64,000 nucleotides of DNA from Squalus acanthias. Its lineage: Eukaryota. Under the pieces are notes generated by a model that was not told the DNA's origin, ran no database searches, and was given only the letters and a program-made list of their open reading frames with translations. The DNA is taken from the NCBI GenBank assembly GCA_030390025.1, contig JASTWF010000367.1:62001-126000 (forward strand). Direction: 5' to 3'. Numbering within the stretch: the first letter of the stretch is position 1; the number at the start of each line of letters is the position of its first letter. The position numbers and the translations under genes are program-made. Shown here piece by piece: positions 37,455 through 50,700 of the stretch.

Positions 37455-39652
37455 GCCCTAATCAAGCCCTTCGTCCTCCTCTGCTGAGTTTTAAAGTTCT
37501 CCCAGTCCCTGGGTTTGCTGCTACTTCTGGCCAATTTGTATGCCACTTCCTTGCTTTTAATACTATCCCTGATTTCCCTTGTTAGCCAGGTGGCTCAACC
37601 ATGGCTAACAAGGGAAATCAGGGATAGTATTAAAAGCAAGGAAGTGGCATACAAATTGGCCAGAAGTAGCAGCAAACCCGGGGACTGGGAGAACTTTAAA
37701 ACTCAGCAGAGGAGGACGAAGGGTTTGATTAGGGCAGGGAAAATAAAATATGAAAGGAAGCTTGCGAGGAACATTAAAACGGACTGCAAAAGCTTCTATA
37801 AATATGTAAAAAGAAAGAGGTTAGTAAAAACAAACGTAGGTCCCCTGCAGTCAGAAACAGGGGAAGTCATAATGGGGAACAAAGAAATGGCAGATCAATT
37901 GAACAAGTACTTTGGGTCGGTGTTTACTGTGGAGGACACAAACAACGTTCCGGAAATAAAAGAGATCAAAGGATCTGGTAAGAGGGAGGAGCTGAGGGAA
38001 ATCCTTATCAGTCGGGAAAAGGTGTTGGGGAAATTGATGGGACTGAAGGCTGATAAATCCCCAGGGCCTGATGGTCTGCATCCCAGAGTACTTAAGGAGG
38101 TGGCCTTGGAAATAGTGGATGCATTGACGATCATTTTCCGACATTCATTAGACTCTGGATCAGTTCCGAAGGAGTGGAGGGTGGCTAATGTAACCCCTCT
38201 TTTAAAAAAAGGAGGGAGGGAGAAAGCAGGGAATTATAGACCGTCAGCCTGACATCGGTGGTGGGTAAAATTATGGAATTAATTATTAAAGATGTCATAA
38301 CAGACCATTTGGAAAGTGGCGACATGATAGGTCCAAGTCAGCATGGATTTGTGAAAGGGAAATCATGCTTGACAAATCTTCTGGAATTTTTTGAGGATGT
38401 TTCCAATAGGGTGGACGGGGGGGAACCAGTAGATGTGGTGTATTTGGACTTTCAGAAGGCCTTCGACAAGGTCCCACACAAGAGATTGGTGTGCACAGTT
38501 AAAGCACATGGGATTGGGGGTAATGTGTTGACGTGGATTGAGAACTGGTTGGCACATAGGAAACAAAGAGTAGGAGTAAATGGGTACTTTTCAGAATGGC
38601 AGGCAGTGACCATCGGGGTACCGCAGGGTTCGGTGCTGGGGCCCCAGCTGTTTACATTATATATTAATGATTTGGACGAAGGGATTAATTGTAATATCTC
38701 CAAATTTGCGGATGACACTAAATTGGGAGGCAGTGTGAACAATGAGGAGGATGCTAGGAGGCTACAGAGTGACTTGGACAGGTTGGTTGAATGGGCAAAT
38801 GTATGGCAGATGAAGTACAATGTGGATAAATGTGAGGTTATCCACTTTGGTGGTAAAAATAGGGAGGCAGACTATTACCTGAATGGTGGCAGATTAGGGA
38901 AAGGGGAGGTGCAACGAGACCTGGGCGTCATGGTACATCAGTCACTGAAGGTGGGAAGGCAAGTGCAGCAGGCAGTCAAGAAAGCAAATGGCATGATGAC
39001 CTTCATAGCAAGGGGATTTGAGTACAGGAGTAGGGAGGTGATGCTACAGTTGTACAGGGCCTTGATGAGGCCACACCTGGAGTATTGTGTGCAGTTTTGG
39101 TCTCCTAACTTGAGGAAGGACATTCTTGCTATTGAGGGAGTGCAACGAAGGTTCACTAGATTGATTCCTGGGATGGCCAGACTGACATATCAAGAAAGAT
39201 TGGATCAACTGAACTTGTATCCTCTGGAGTTCAGAAGAATGAGGGGGGATCTTATAGAGACGTTTAAAATCCTGACTGGTTTAGACAAATTAGATGCGGG
39301 CAGAATGTTTGCAATGTTAGGGGAAACTAAAACCAGGGGTCACAGTCTAAGGATAAAGGGGAAGCCATTTAAGACTGAGATGAGGAGGAACTTCTTCACC
39401 CAGAGAGTGGTGAATCTGTGGAATTCTCTACCACAGAAGGTTGTTGAGGCCAGTTCGCTAAATATATTCAAAAGGGAGTTAGATATAATACTCACAACTA
39501 GGGGGATCAAGGGGTATGGCGAGAAAGCAGGAATGGGGTACTGAGGTAGCATGTTCAGCCATGAACGCATTAAATGGCGGTGCAGGCTCGAAGGACCGAA
39601 TGGTCTACTCCTGCACCTATTTTGTATGTTTCTATGTTTCTATGTTTTTATG
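37455..39652 (+). mobile_element. Young 5'-truncated CR1 with a 134-bp inverted duplication at its 5' end
   Basis: ORFs 37515-38252 and 38258-39544 carry all RT motifs; 37455-37588 is the reverse complement of 37602-37735. Confidence 0.95.
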
Positions 39653-40790
39653 TCAAAGATTTCTGTGTCTATACCCCCAAGTTTTTCTGTTCCTGCATCC
39701 CCTTTAAGATTGTAACATTTAGTTTATATTGCCTCATTCTTCCTTCCAAAGTGCTTCACTTCACACTTCCATGCGTTAAATTTCACCTGCCATGTGTCTG
39801 TCCATTTCAGCCAGACGATCTATTTCCTCCTGAAGTCTTCTGCTATCCTCCTCACAGTTTATGACTTTTCCGAGATTCGTGTCATCGACAAACTTTTAAA
39901 TTATGCCCTCTATATACCTAAGTCCAGGTCACTAATGTATATCAAAAAGAGTAGTGGTCCTAATACCGAGCCCTGGGAACACGACTGTGAACTTCCCTCC
40001 AGAGTGAAAAATATCGGTTCACAACTACTTTCTGCTTTCTGTCCCTTCACCAATTTAGTATCCACGCTGCCTCTGCTCCTTTCATATCATTGGCTTCAAT
40101 ATTCTTAACCAGTCTATTGTGAGGTAGTTTATCAAACGCCTTCTGAAAGTCCATATACAGAACATCAACTGCACTACCTTCATCAACCCTCTCCTATTTC
40201 ATCGATTAGCTCATTCAAGTCAGCCAGATTTGATTTGTCTTTAAAAAAATCTATTTTGACTGTCGCTAATTAACCCATGTTCTTCCAAGTGACAGTGAAT
40301 TTTGATTCAGAATTTTTGTCCCGAGAAGCTTCCTCAACACTGATGTGAAGATGAGTCGCCTGTAGTTATTTGGTTTATCACACTCTCCTTTTTTGATCAG
40401 GGAAGTAACGTTAGCAGCCCTCCAGTCCTCTGGCACCTTTCCCATATCCAAGGATTGGAAGATTGTGGCAGAGCGGGTGACATTTCTACTTTGAGCCCTG
40501 TCAAGCGTTTTAGTACATCGTCCTAATCTATTATATCATCTCCAATTTATCTACCACCTCCCCCTTTACTGTACGATTGGCAGCATCCTCTCCTTTAGTG
40601 AACATGGATACAAAGTGTTAATTTCGTACCTCAGCCATGTCCTCTGCTTTCACAAGATCTTTGCCTTTTTGGTCCTCAATCGGCCCCAACATTCCTTGGA
40701 CTATTCTTTCTCGCTTTATATGTTTATAAAAGGCGATAGTGTTCCCTATTATGTTACTGCTAATCATTTCTCATACATTCTCCTTGTCCC
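39653..40790 (-). mobile_element. Old CR1, host of the 37455-39652 insertion (other part at ~37393-37454)
   Basis: Decayed GKVPEDWRAANVT and RT remnants on the minus strand; joins across the insertion as ctgccacc|tcaaagattt. Confidence 0.75.
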
Positions 40791-40915
40791 TCTGTTGTTG
40801 CTGTTGTGTGTTTATTACACTAGTGGCAGCGTTAGTGAAACAGCAAAGTACTGAATGTTATAAAGTCTCAAACTGGTTATAAATTAACTGAATCGCTTTG
40901 ACATTTCCACAGTGG

Positions 40916-40925
40916 GGAAATGAAA
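40916..40925 (+). promoter_or_regulatory. Ets-IRF composite (EICE)-like motif GGAAATGAAA
   Basis: Matches GGAANNGAAA, ~280 bp upstream of the NLR-like ATG. Short motif that could occur by chance. Confidence 0.3.
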
Positions 40926-41198
40926 GGACGCTGATTGATAGTTTCAATGGTCACACGTGTGCGGGAACACACAAGTGGAGAATAATGATTGTAAAACAGC
41001 AATCAAACCTACCACTTGTATATTCATGGTGTTTTCTGAGATCCCAGAGCTAACAGCTGTTGCACTGTTGGGGGAGGAGGGACTTGAAATCATGTTTAAC
41101 AAGGTAACGTTCTCCTCATTTTAATATTTCCGTCTAACCCTCCTATTAATATTCTATTTGTTACAGAGCATAAGAATCTGGGAACGCCTGTCACCACC

Positions 41199-41262
41199 AT
41201 GGCTGAAGGTCCAAACAGGGGAGAAGATCCAACATCTTCAACAAGAATGAGAATAGACACAG
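41199..41262 (+). CDS. First coding exon copy A (exon 41167-41262) of an NLR-like gene; MAEGPNRGEDPTSSTRMRIDT, phase 1
   Basis: Acceptor tttgttacag, Kozak caccaccATGG, donor CAG|GTAGGT; phase fits exon 46248. Confidence 0.7.
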
Positions 41263-42459
41263 GTAGGTTCATAAAATACTTTAAAATATAATTTCTGTCC
41301 CGACAAAAGGTCCAGATCTTGTGCAAGATCCTGCAGCTCCCACAGGAAGAGGGAACAGGGCAGGGGCTGAGTACAAAGAGGGAAGTGAGTGACCATCTCG
41401 AGAGGTATCACAGTCACAGGTGGAGTGAGCCCCCGAGTACTGGAACTGTCCAATAGATCCCTGGTATTGGGGACTGTAAAGTGGATGTAGACAGTGACTC
41501 AGAGGAGGGTCTTCCTGAGAAACAGTGTGGCACCCGGAGCAGGAGACCACCCCTAGTGGGGCGAGAGTGAGAGGCAGGTGGGGCACAAGAATAGGGGAGC
41601 GATACTGGTGGGAGATTATATAGTCGGGGGAATAAACAACCTCTTCTGCAGCCCTTACCAGGTCCCGAATGGTAAGTTGTCTCCCTGGTGCCAGAGGGAA
41701 GAACATTCTGGAACGGATGGGACCACCTCTGGGAAGGAAAGGAGAGCAGAAAATAGCCATGGTCGGAACCAGTAACACGGATAGAAAGACGTTTATAGAG
41801 GGACTATTAAGACTTGGGCACTAACCTAAGAAACCAGGCCTGAAGCTGTTGAGCTCCGGATTGTTTTGCACTGGGCTGCTTAAGGAGGGAAATATGAGGC
41901 TGGTCAATGTGCGGCGGCAGGGCTGGAGCAGGAGGGAAGGGTTCACGTTCTTGAGGCGCTAGAGTGAGTTCAGTCGGAAGGGAAGGGACGGCCACGATCT
42001 GAATCGACCAACAATAATGGTTTTACAGAATAGGTGAATGGAGCAGTGGGAGGATATCAGGGATGTGACTGGAGAGTGGGAAATATCCGGATCTGAGACT
42101 AGAGAGCGCAATTAATAAAAATGTTGGTGTTCAAACAGAAGATTTAACAATGTGAAAAGTTCTTGGCAAGAAAAAGGAAGGAGGATTTGAAATAGAGAGA
42201 TAAAGTCACTTGTTTAAGAAAAAAGAAACTGGGACAAGTCAACATTCCAAATGTTGGAGCTAATATTGATTGTGGTATATGTGAGCGTACAAATCATTCC
42301 AAAGATTCAGAAGCATGAGATGTGATCTAGTATCTATAAGACAGGGCCTGGGTTTTCACAGAATTCAGAGGGAAATGTTCCTGGTGATAACATTTTGAGG
42401 GAAGAGCAAAAAAATTGTGTGCTCCAGTATCAATAAAGCGTTCTATGACAGCACAAGAA

Positions 42460-42645
42460 CAACAACAAGAACAAACTTGTGTTTATATAGCGCCTTTAAC
42501 GTTGAAAAACGTCACAAGGTGCATCACAGGAGTATTATCAATCAAAATTTGACACCGAGTCACATAAGGGCATATTAGGACAGGTAAAGTTTAAGGAACG
42601 TCTGAAAGGAGGAGAGCGAGAGAGAGTGGCGGAGAGGTTTAGAAT
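42460..42645 (-). mobile_element. L2-type 3' tail fragment
   Basis: (aac)n...tttatatagcgcctttaac, the reverse complement of the tail at ~8560-8795. Confidence 0.7.
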
Positions 42646-44250
42646 GTAAGGGTGTTCCAGGGAGCTATGGTAAGATGGAATCCATATGTACGCAGTTCAG
42701 CAATAGGAAGGGAGACAGTACAATTCTCAGTGGGTTTTGCAGGCCAGCAAGCAGTGGACGGCAGATAGAGGGGGGACTGGGGAAACTAGTTGTGAAGGAT
42801 GCAATTTTGGGGAGATACAAAATATTTCCTTTACTTTCTAAAAATGATGGTTGAAGTGAGAATGTTGATGTACTAGAGGAGGATGTGGGTCCACAGTTAG
42901 TGGTCACTGTAGAGAAGAATTTGGATCTGAGTAAAATAGCCGAGGTGGAGAAGTCACTGGACTCAGAAATAATGCACCCCAGGCTGTTAAAGGAAGCCAG
43001 AGAGGAGATAGGAGGGACTGACCACAACATTTCAACCCAAGTTTAATATCAAAAATATACAGGTGGACTGAAGAAGCCCAAGTAATGTTTCTGTTCTAAT
43101 GTGGAGAGAGGATCAACCTATTAACCAGAGACCATTGTGTAGAAACTCCTCAAATCTGTGAATCCAGGTCGAATTAGCGAGCATTTAACGATAGAGGATG
43201 ATGAGGGGAGGCTGGAATGGATTAGCTGTAGAAAAGTCGTATTTGACTATTTACGAACAATGACGGACAGGTAATGACCCTTTGGTCCATCCAGACTTTC
43301 CCAGGCAATTGCGATAATTTGTCGCCCTCTCCCACCCAAACAAAACCATGTGATCTCCTGGGTGAGGTGGAAAACGGGTAAAAACACAAGCCAATTTGGG
43401 GGATCAAAATACCGGAAATTCCTCTCCGACTTATCTATCCCTAAAGATATTCCACAAACAAATGTGGTGCACCACCTCACTGCTTAAAGTTTCATGATTC
43501 ACAGCATTCTACATTAGTGTTAATATTAGTGGAACAGCGGTAAATGTCCTCACCTCCACAGTGCTCATTAGTCAGGTGCTGACACCAGGAGAGATATGGT
43601 AAATATTATCAAATAGAAGCACCAACCAGGACACATCTCCATGATGACACGGACATTGTCACAGCCCATAGAGACCAGAGGATCACACCCAGCTATATAT
43701 TGTGAGTGGATAGATCTCATATTCATAAAATGCCAGAATTTAATATCAAAACTCAACCAATCAAAAATATTAAATACAAACCTGTGAATAAAAATAATAC
43801 AATAGCGCCAGACTGTGTAAAACCGAGTGGGGGATCGTTTGATTCACCAATGTCCATCCCGCTCCATATTTCCCTGCAGAATATTCTCTACCTCACGAAT
43901 AAGGCTCGTTTTGGCCTGCACGGTGTGAGTAAATCTCACCAATGGTCGCTCCCAGTGTGGAGTCTCAGCCGACGGGGGACCGTCTGGAACTCGGTTGTGG
44001 AGATCAGCGGGACTCACTGGATTTCACTGGGCAGCTGTCTGTGTCACACCTGATGTGGGGAGTTGATCGTAACACTCGGGAAATGCTTGATCCCAGAGCT
44101 AACAGCTGTTGCACTGATTGGGGAGGAGGGACTTGATATCATGTTCAACAAGGCAACGTTCTCCTTCTCATTTTAATATTTCCATCTAATCCTCCCATTA
44201 ATATTATATTTATTACAGAGCATCAGAATCTGGGAACTCCTGTCACCACC

Positions 44251-44314
44251 ATGGCTGAAGGTCCAAACAGGGGAGAAGATCCAACGACTTCAAAAAGAAT
44301 GAGAATGGACACAA
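44251..44314 (+). CDS. First coding exon copy B (exon 44219-44314); MAEGPNRGEDPTTSKRMRMDT, phase 1
   Basis: Paralog of 41167-41262 with acceptor, Kozak and GT donor (CAA|GTAGGT) intact. Confidence 0.72.
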
Positions 44315-45064
44315 GTAGGTTCAGAAAATACTTTAAAATATAATTTCTGTCCTGACAAGTTTCTAGATCTCGTGCAAGAACCTGCAGCTCACACAGGAAG
44401 AGGGAACAGGACAGAGGCTAATTAGAAAGAGGGAAGTGAGTGACCATCTAGAGAGGCATCACAGTCACAGGTGGAGGGAGCCCCCGAGTACTGGAACTGT
44501 CCAATAGATACCTGGTATTGGGGACTGTAAGGTGGATGGAGACAGTGACTCAGAGGAGGGTCTTCCTGAGCAACAGTGTGACTCCAGGGAGCCACCCGGA
44601 ATGGGGTGGGGGTGAGAGGCAGGTGGGGAGAGCGATAGTGGTGGGAGATTCTATAGTCAGCGGAATAGACAGACTCGTCTGCAGCCCTGAGCAGGTCCCG
44701 AATGATAAGTTGTCTCCCTGGTGCCAGAGAGAGGAGGATCCTGGAATGTGTGGGGTCATCTCTGGGAAGAAAAGGAGAGCAAAATATAGCCATGGTCAGA
44801 ACCAGTAACACTGATAGAAATGCATTTAAAGAGGGAATATTAAGCCTGAGGCTCTAGACTATAAATCAAGGCCTCATGGTGGTGATCTCCGGATTGTTTT
44901 GCACTGAGCTGCTTATCGATGTAAATGTGAGGCTGGTCAATATGCGGCTGCAGGGCTGGAACAGGAGGGAAGGTTTCACGTTCTTGGGGCACGAGGGTGA
45001 GTTCAGGAAGAAGGGAAGGGACGGTCGCGATCTGAACTGACCAACAACAATGATTTTCCAGAAT

Positions 45065-45490
45065 TAAATAATTGCATTTATATAGCGCCTTTCACGACCA
45101 CCGGAAGTCTCAAAGCACTTTACAGCCAATGAAGTAGTTTTTTGCACGGCAGTCACTGTTGCAATGACCAGATAATCTGTTTGTGACGTTGATTGAGGGA
45201 TAAATATTGGCCAGGACACCAGGGATAACTCCCCTGCTCTTTTCAAAATAGTGCCGTGGGAACTTTTACGTCCACCTGAGAGAGCAGACGGGGCCTCGCT
45301 TTAACGTCTCATCTGAAAGACGGCACCTTCGACAGTGCAGCGCTCCCTCCGCACTGCACTGGAGTGTCAGCCTAGATTTATGTGCTCAAGTTCCCGGAGT
45401 GGGACTTCACGTCCCCAGCGGGGTACTATGAACCCACAACCTTCTGACTCAGAGACGAGTGTGCTACCCACTGAGCCACAACTAACACTC
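45065..45490 (-). mobile_element. tRNA-headed Deu-domain-type SINE (SacSINE1/AmnSINE-like)
   Basis: Minus-strand head gtggctcagtgggtagcacac...gggttca (A/B-box-like), central domain recalled as Deu-like, L2-type tail; absent from the paralogous position near 42030. Confidence 0.78.
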
Positions 45491-46247
45491 TGGGAATGGG
45501 TGAATGGAGCAGTGGGAGGGTACCAGCTGATATGACTGAAGGGTGAGAAATATCCGGATTTGACACTAGAGAGTGGAATGACACAAACTGTTGAAACAGG
45601 AACACTTGGGTAGGGGCTTCCATGATGTTGAGCCAGCAATAATGACGGACAAAGACATATGTCCAAGTTGGGGTGGTGTGTGACTTGGAGGGTAAATGAG
45701 AGTCGATGGTGTCCCCATGCACCTTCTGCCCTTGTCCTCCTGGGTGCTGTGATCTATTAACTATGAGACAGAAATTTGGTTTGAACGGAACTCGGAGCGA
45801 AACGATCCTGATTATAACATTTTGAGGAGAGTGAAACAGTATTTGTGGATGCCAGTATTACTAAACGGTTCTATGTCTGTGCTGGAACACAAGGATGTTC
45901 CCTGGAGTTATGTTAAGATTGAACCTATATGTATTCAGTTAAGGAATAGTAAGGGGGATAGCACATTTCTCGGTGGGTTTTTCAGGCTATCGAGCAGTGG
46001 AGATGAGATAGAGGGGGAGTGCGTTGTGAGCAAACTCCTGGAATCTGTATTTCAAGGTCTAATTAGTGAACATTTACAGATACTGGGCATGATCGGGGTG
46101 GCTGGACCCAATAAACTGTAGATAAGTCGTGTTTGACATTTTAACACTGTTTTTAAGAATTGTCTATCTAGATTGATGGAATGTAGCACATGCGATGTAT
46201 GTGGGTTTTCAGAAGGTGTTTGTTAATGTGGTTCTTTGTGTTCACAG

Positions 46248-46414
46248 ACCCGAACTGGACAATCACTAAGTTCTTGACAAAGTGCGACGATTACCAACTG
46301 TTCCAGTTGACGAAATTCTACCGGGACAGACTGGAACAGGCGGTTGAAGAGGGTGTGGAGGGACTCGGTCTCTGGTTAACAGGCGAGGACCATTTCAGTG
46401 GACAAGAGTATCAC
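46248..46414 (+). CDS. Coding exon of an NLR-like (NACHT-LRR) gene, N-terminal death-fold/CARD-like region
   Basis: Acceptor ttctttgtgttcacag, donor CAC|GTAAGT, 167 nt (phase 1 to 0). Peptide PNWTITKFLTKCDDYQLFQLTKFYRDRLEQAVEEGVEGLGLWLTGEDHFSGQEYH resembles, from memory, N-termini of cartilaginous-fish NLRP3-like/NLRC3-like proteins. NACHT is not in the window. Confidence 0.78.
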
Positions 46415-46749
46415 GTAAGTGGGAGGGACACAGATTGAGTTTAGATTATTCTACATCACAGAACTGACAGAATATCATAACATAGGAACAAAGGAATTGA
46501 TAGATGAGAAAAGACCGAGGTCTCTGTAATTCCCATCCAACATCCTGGTATCGAATGCTACAATGATAATGGAGTTGTTGACTAATCGATTTCTATCAAT
46601 TAACCTACAACAGACTCATAAGATGAGGAAACTCCAGTGGTGGAGAGCTTTGGGAACCAGAAGTCAAAAGTCACCTGTTCCCCTCAAGCATGCTCTACTT
46701 ACCACATGTCATATCTCAAATTACTCATACTGCATCCCAAAATGTGATT

Positions 46750-47210
46750 TTTCTGAAATAAATTTGCCTTTTAAAGAATCAATACTGTTTCTGCCATCTC
46801 CTGAGGGAGCCTGTTCCCCAGATTGACCACTCGCTCACTGAAAAGTTGTTTCCACAGATTAGATTTGAATTTACCCTCCTTCAAGCGCAGGCCGTGTCCT
46901 CTGTTTCTACTATACTGGGCAAAGTGAAACATCAATAATATCACCTCTCAAACTTCTCTTTTCCAGTGAGAACATGCCCAGTTTAATCAATAGCTCCTCC
47001 TAATCCAACCCCTCCACTCTCTCAATCATTCTAGTTGCTTTCAATAGCTGCGATAACCTTGTTGTACTGAGGCAATTAGAACTGTACACAATATTCTAAT
47101 TGCGGTCACATCAATGATTTATAAAGTAGCAGAATTATCTCAGTATTTCGGCTCAAAAATGTTAATAAACGCCAACATCGCATTTTCTTTATTCACTGCC
47201 ACCGAGAATA
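46750..47210 (-). mobile_element. Ancient CR1 C-terminal remnant
   Basis: Reverse complement of agaactgtacacaatattctaattgcggtcac reads RPQLEYCVQF-like. Confidence 0.6.
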
Positions 47211-47707
47211 GTTGAAATAACAAATCTTAGAATCATATAATGTTACAGAACATGAACCTGAAAAATAGAGAAGAAATGGATAAAACTGCAAATATTGTGA
47301 ATCTGAAACAACGATACGAAGAGGTGAAAATACCCAGCGGCTCCATCAGTATCTATACAAATGACAGGGGCCCGGTTCGGGGATAACTCTTGAGTGGATG
47401 GAAAGAAAAAGGAAAACCGATTTATTGGGACTGGGAAAAGGAGAGACCAGAGACAACAGACAGGAGTTAGAGGGATGGAAAAGAACTGATTGATCAGGAA
47501 ACTAATTAATAGTAAATTGGGGAAAAGTTAGATGACACAAAAAACATCCCTTGTGGGTTAAAGAAAGGGTATTTAAAAAATACTGGAGCTCAAATGATCA
47601 AAATGCATAAGACTCAAACAGGGAAAACAACCCAGAAATAACAACGTTGATGTAAAAATCAGATCGCTCGCTCCTCGATGCTTTGCAAGTTTGTTTTCTC
47701 CTTCCTT

Positions 47708-50700
47708 AGTCACCGAGTCTAATCCCAACCTCCTGCTCACTGCCCATTACCGTTAATACCCCACCTAGTCTAATCACAACCTCCTGCTCACTACGCATTA
47801 CCGTTAATACCACACCTAGTCTAAACCCAAACTCTTGCTCACTACCCATTACCGTTAATATCTCACCTAGTCTAATCCCAACCTCCTGCTCACTGCCCAT
47901 TACCGTTAATATACCACCTAGTCTAATCCCAACCTCCCATCTATTGCCCATCACCTTTAATATCCCATCTAGTCTAATCCCAACCTTCTGCTCATTACCC
48001 ATTACCGTTAAAATACCACCTAGTCTAATCCCAACCTCCTGCTCACTGCACATTACCGTTAATATCCCAGTTTGTCTAATCCCAAACTCATGCTCACTAC
48101 CCATTACCGTTAATATACCACCTAGTCTAATCCCAAACCCCTGCTCACTGCACATTACCGTTAATATACCACCCAGTCTAATCCCAACCTCCTGCTCACT
48201 GCACATTACCGTTAATATCCCAACTAGTCTAATCCCAACCTTCTGCTCATTACCCATTACCATTAATATCCCACCTAGTATAATTCCAACCTCCTGCTCA
48301 CTACCCATTACCGTTAATATCTCACCTAGTCTAATCCCAACCTCCTGCTCACTGCCCATTACCGTTAATATCCCACCTAGTCTAATCCCAACCTTCTGCT
48401 CATTACCCATTACCGTTAATATCCCACTTAGTCAAATCCCAACCTCCTGGTAACGACCCATTACCGTGAATATCCCACCTAGTCAAATCCCAACCTCCTG
48501 CTCACTACCCATTACCGTTAAAATCCAACCTAGTCTAATCGCAATCTCCTGCTCACAACCGATTACCGTTAATATCTCTCCTAATCTAATCCGAATTTCG
48601 TGCTCACAACCCATTACTGTTAATATCCCACCTAGTCTAATCCCAACCTCCCACCTATTGCCCATTAACGTTAATATCCCATCTAGTCTAATCCCAAACT
48701 CCTGCTCATTACCCATTACCGTTAATGTCCCATCTAATCGAATCGCAACCTCCTGCTCACGACGCATTACCGTTAATATCCCATCTAGTTCAATCGCAAC
48801 CTTCTGCTCATTACCCAATACCGTTAATATCCCACCTAGTCTAATCCCAACGTCCTGCTCACAGCCCATTACCGTTAATATACCACCTAGTCTAATCCCA
48901 ACCATCTGCTCACTGCACATTACCGTTAATATCCCAGTTAGTCTAATCCCAACCACCTGCTCACTACCCATTACTGTTAATATCACACCTAGGCTAATCC
49001 CAACCTCCAGCTCACTGCCCATTACCGTTAATATCCCACCTGGTCTAATCCCAAACTCTTGCTCACTACCCATTACCGTTAATATCCCACCTAGTCTAAT
49101 CCGAAACTCCTGCTCGCTACCCATTACTGTTAATATCCCACCTAGTCTAATCCCAACCTCCTGCCCACTGCCCATTACCGTTAATATCCACCTAGTCTAA
49201 TCCCAAACTTCTGCTCATTGCCCATTACCGTTAATATCCAACCTAGACTAATCCCAACCTCCTGCTCACAGCCCATTACCGTTAATATACCACCTAGTCT
49301 AATCCCAACCTCCTGCTCACTGCCCATTACCGTTAATATCACACTTAGTCTAATCCCAAACTCCAGTTTGCTGCCCATTACCGTTAATATCCCACCAAGT
49401 CTAATCCCAACCTCTTCTTCACTACCCATTACCGTTAATATCCCACCTAGTCTAATTCCAAACTGCTGCTCACTGCCCATTACCGTTAATATCCCACCTA
49501 GTCTAATCCCAACCACCTGCTCACTGCCCATTACTGTTAATATCACACCTAGTCTAATCCCAACCACTTGCTCACTACCCATTACTGTTAATATCCCACC
49601 TACTCTAATCCCAACCTCCTGCTCACTACCCATTACAGTTAATATACCACCGTGTCTTATCTCAACCACCTGCTCACTACCCATTACAGTTAATATCCCA
49701 CCTAGTCTAATCTCAACCACCTGCTCACTACCCATTACTGTTAATATCCCACCTAGTCTAATCCCAACCTCCTGCACACTACCCATTACTGTTTATATCT
49801 CACCTAGTCTAATCTCAACAACCTGCTCACTGCCCATTACCGTTAAAATCCCACCTAGTCTAATCCCAAACTCCTGCTCAATACTCATTACAGTTAATAT
49901 TCCACCTAGTCTAATCCCAACCTCCTGCTTAATGCCCATTACCGTTAATATCCCACCTAGTCTAATCCCAACCTCCTGCTCACTACCCATTACTGTTAAT
50001 ATCCCACCTAGTCTAATCTCAACCACCTGCTAACTACCCATTACTATTAATATCCCACCTAGTCTAATCTCAACCACCTGCTCACTACCCATTACAGTTA
50101 ATATCCCACCTAGTCTAATCCCAACCTCCTGCTCAACGCCCATTACTGTTAATATCTCACCTAGTCTAATCTCAACCACCTGCTCACTGCCCATTACCGT
50201 TAATATCCCACCTAGCCTAATCCCAAAGTCCTGCTCATTACCATTTCAGTTAATATCCCACCCTATCTAATCCCAACCTCCTGCTCAGTACCCATTACCG
50301 TAAATATCCCACCTAGTCTAATCCGAACGTCCTGCTCACTGCCCATTACCGTTAATATCCCACCTAGTCTAATGCCAACCTCCTGCTCACTGCCCATTAC
50401 CGTTAATGTCCCAACGGGTCTAATCCCGACCTCCTGCTCACTACCCATTACCGTTAATATCCTACCTAGTCTAATTCCAAACTCCTGCTCCTTACCCATT
50501 ATTGTTAATATCCCACCTAGTCTAATCCAAACCACCTGCTCACTACCCATTACTGTTAATATCACACCTAGTCTAATCCCAACCTCCTGCTCACTACCCA
50601 TTACCGTTAATATCCCACCTATTCAAATCCCAACATTCTGCTCATCACTCATTACCATTAATATCTCACCTTTTTTAATCCCAACCTCCTGCTCACTGCC

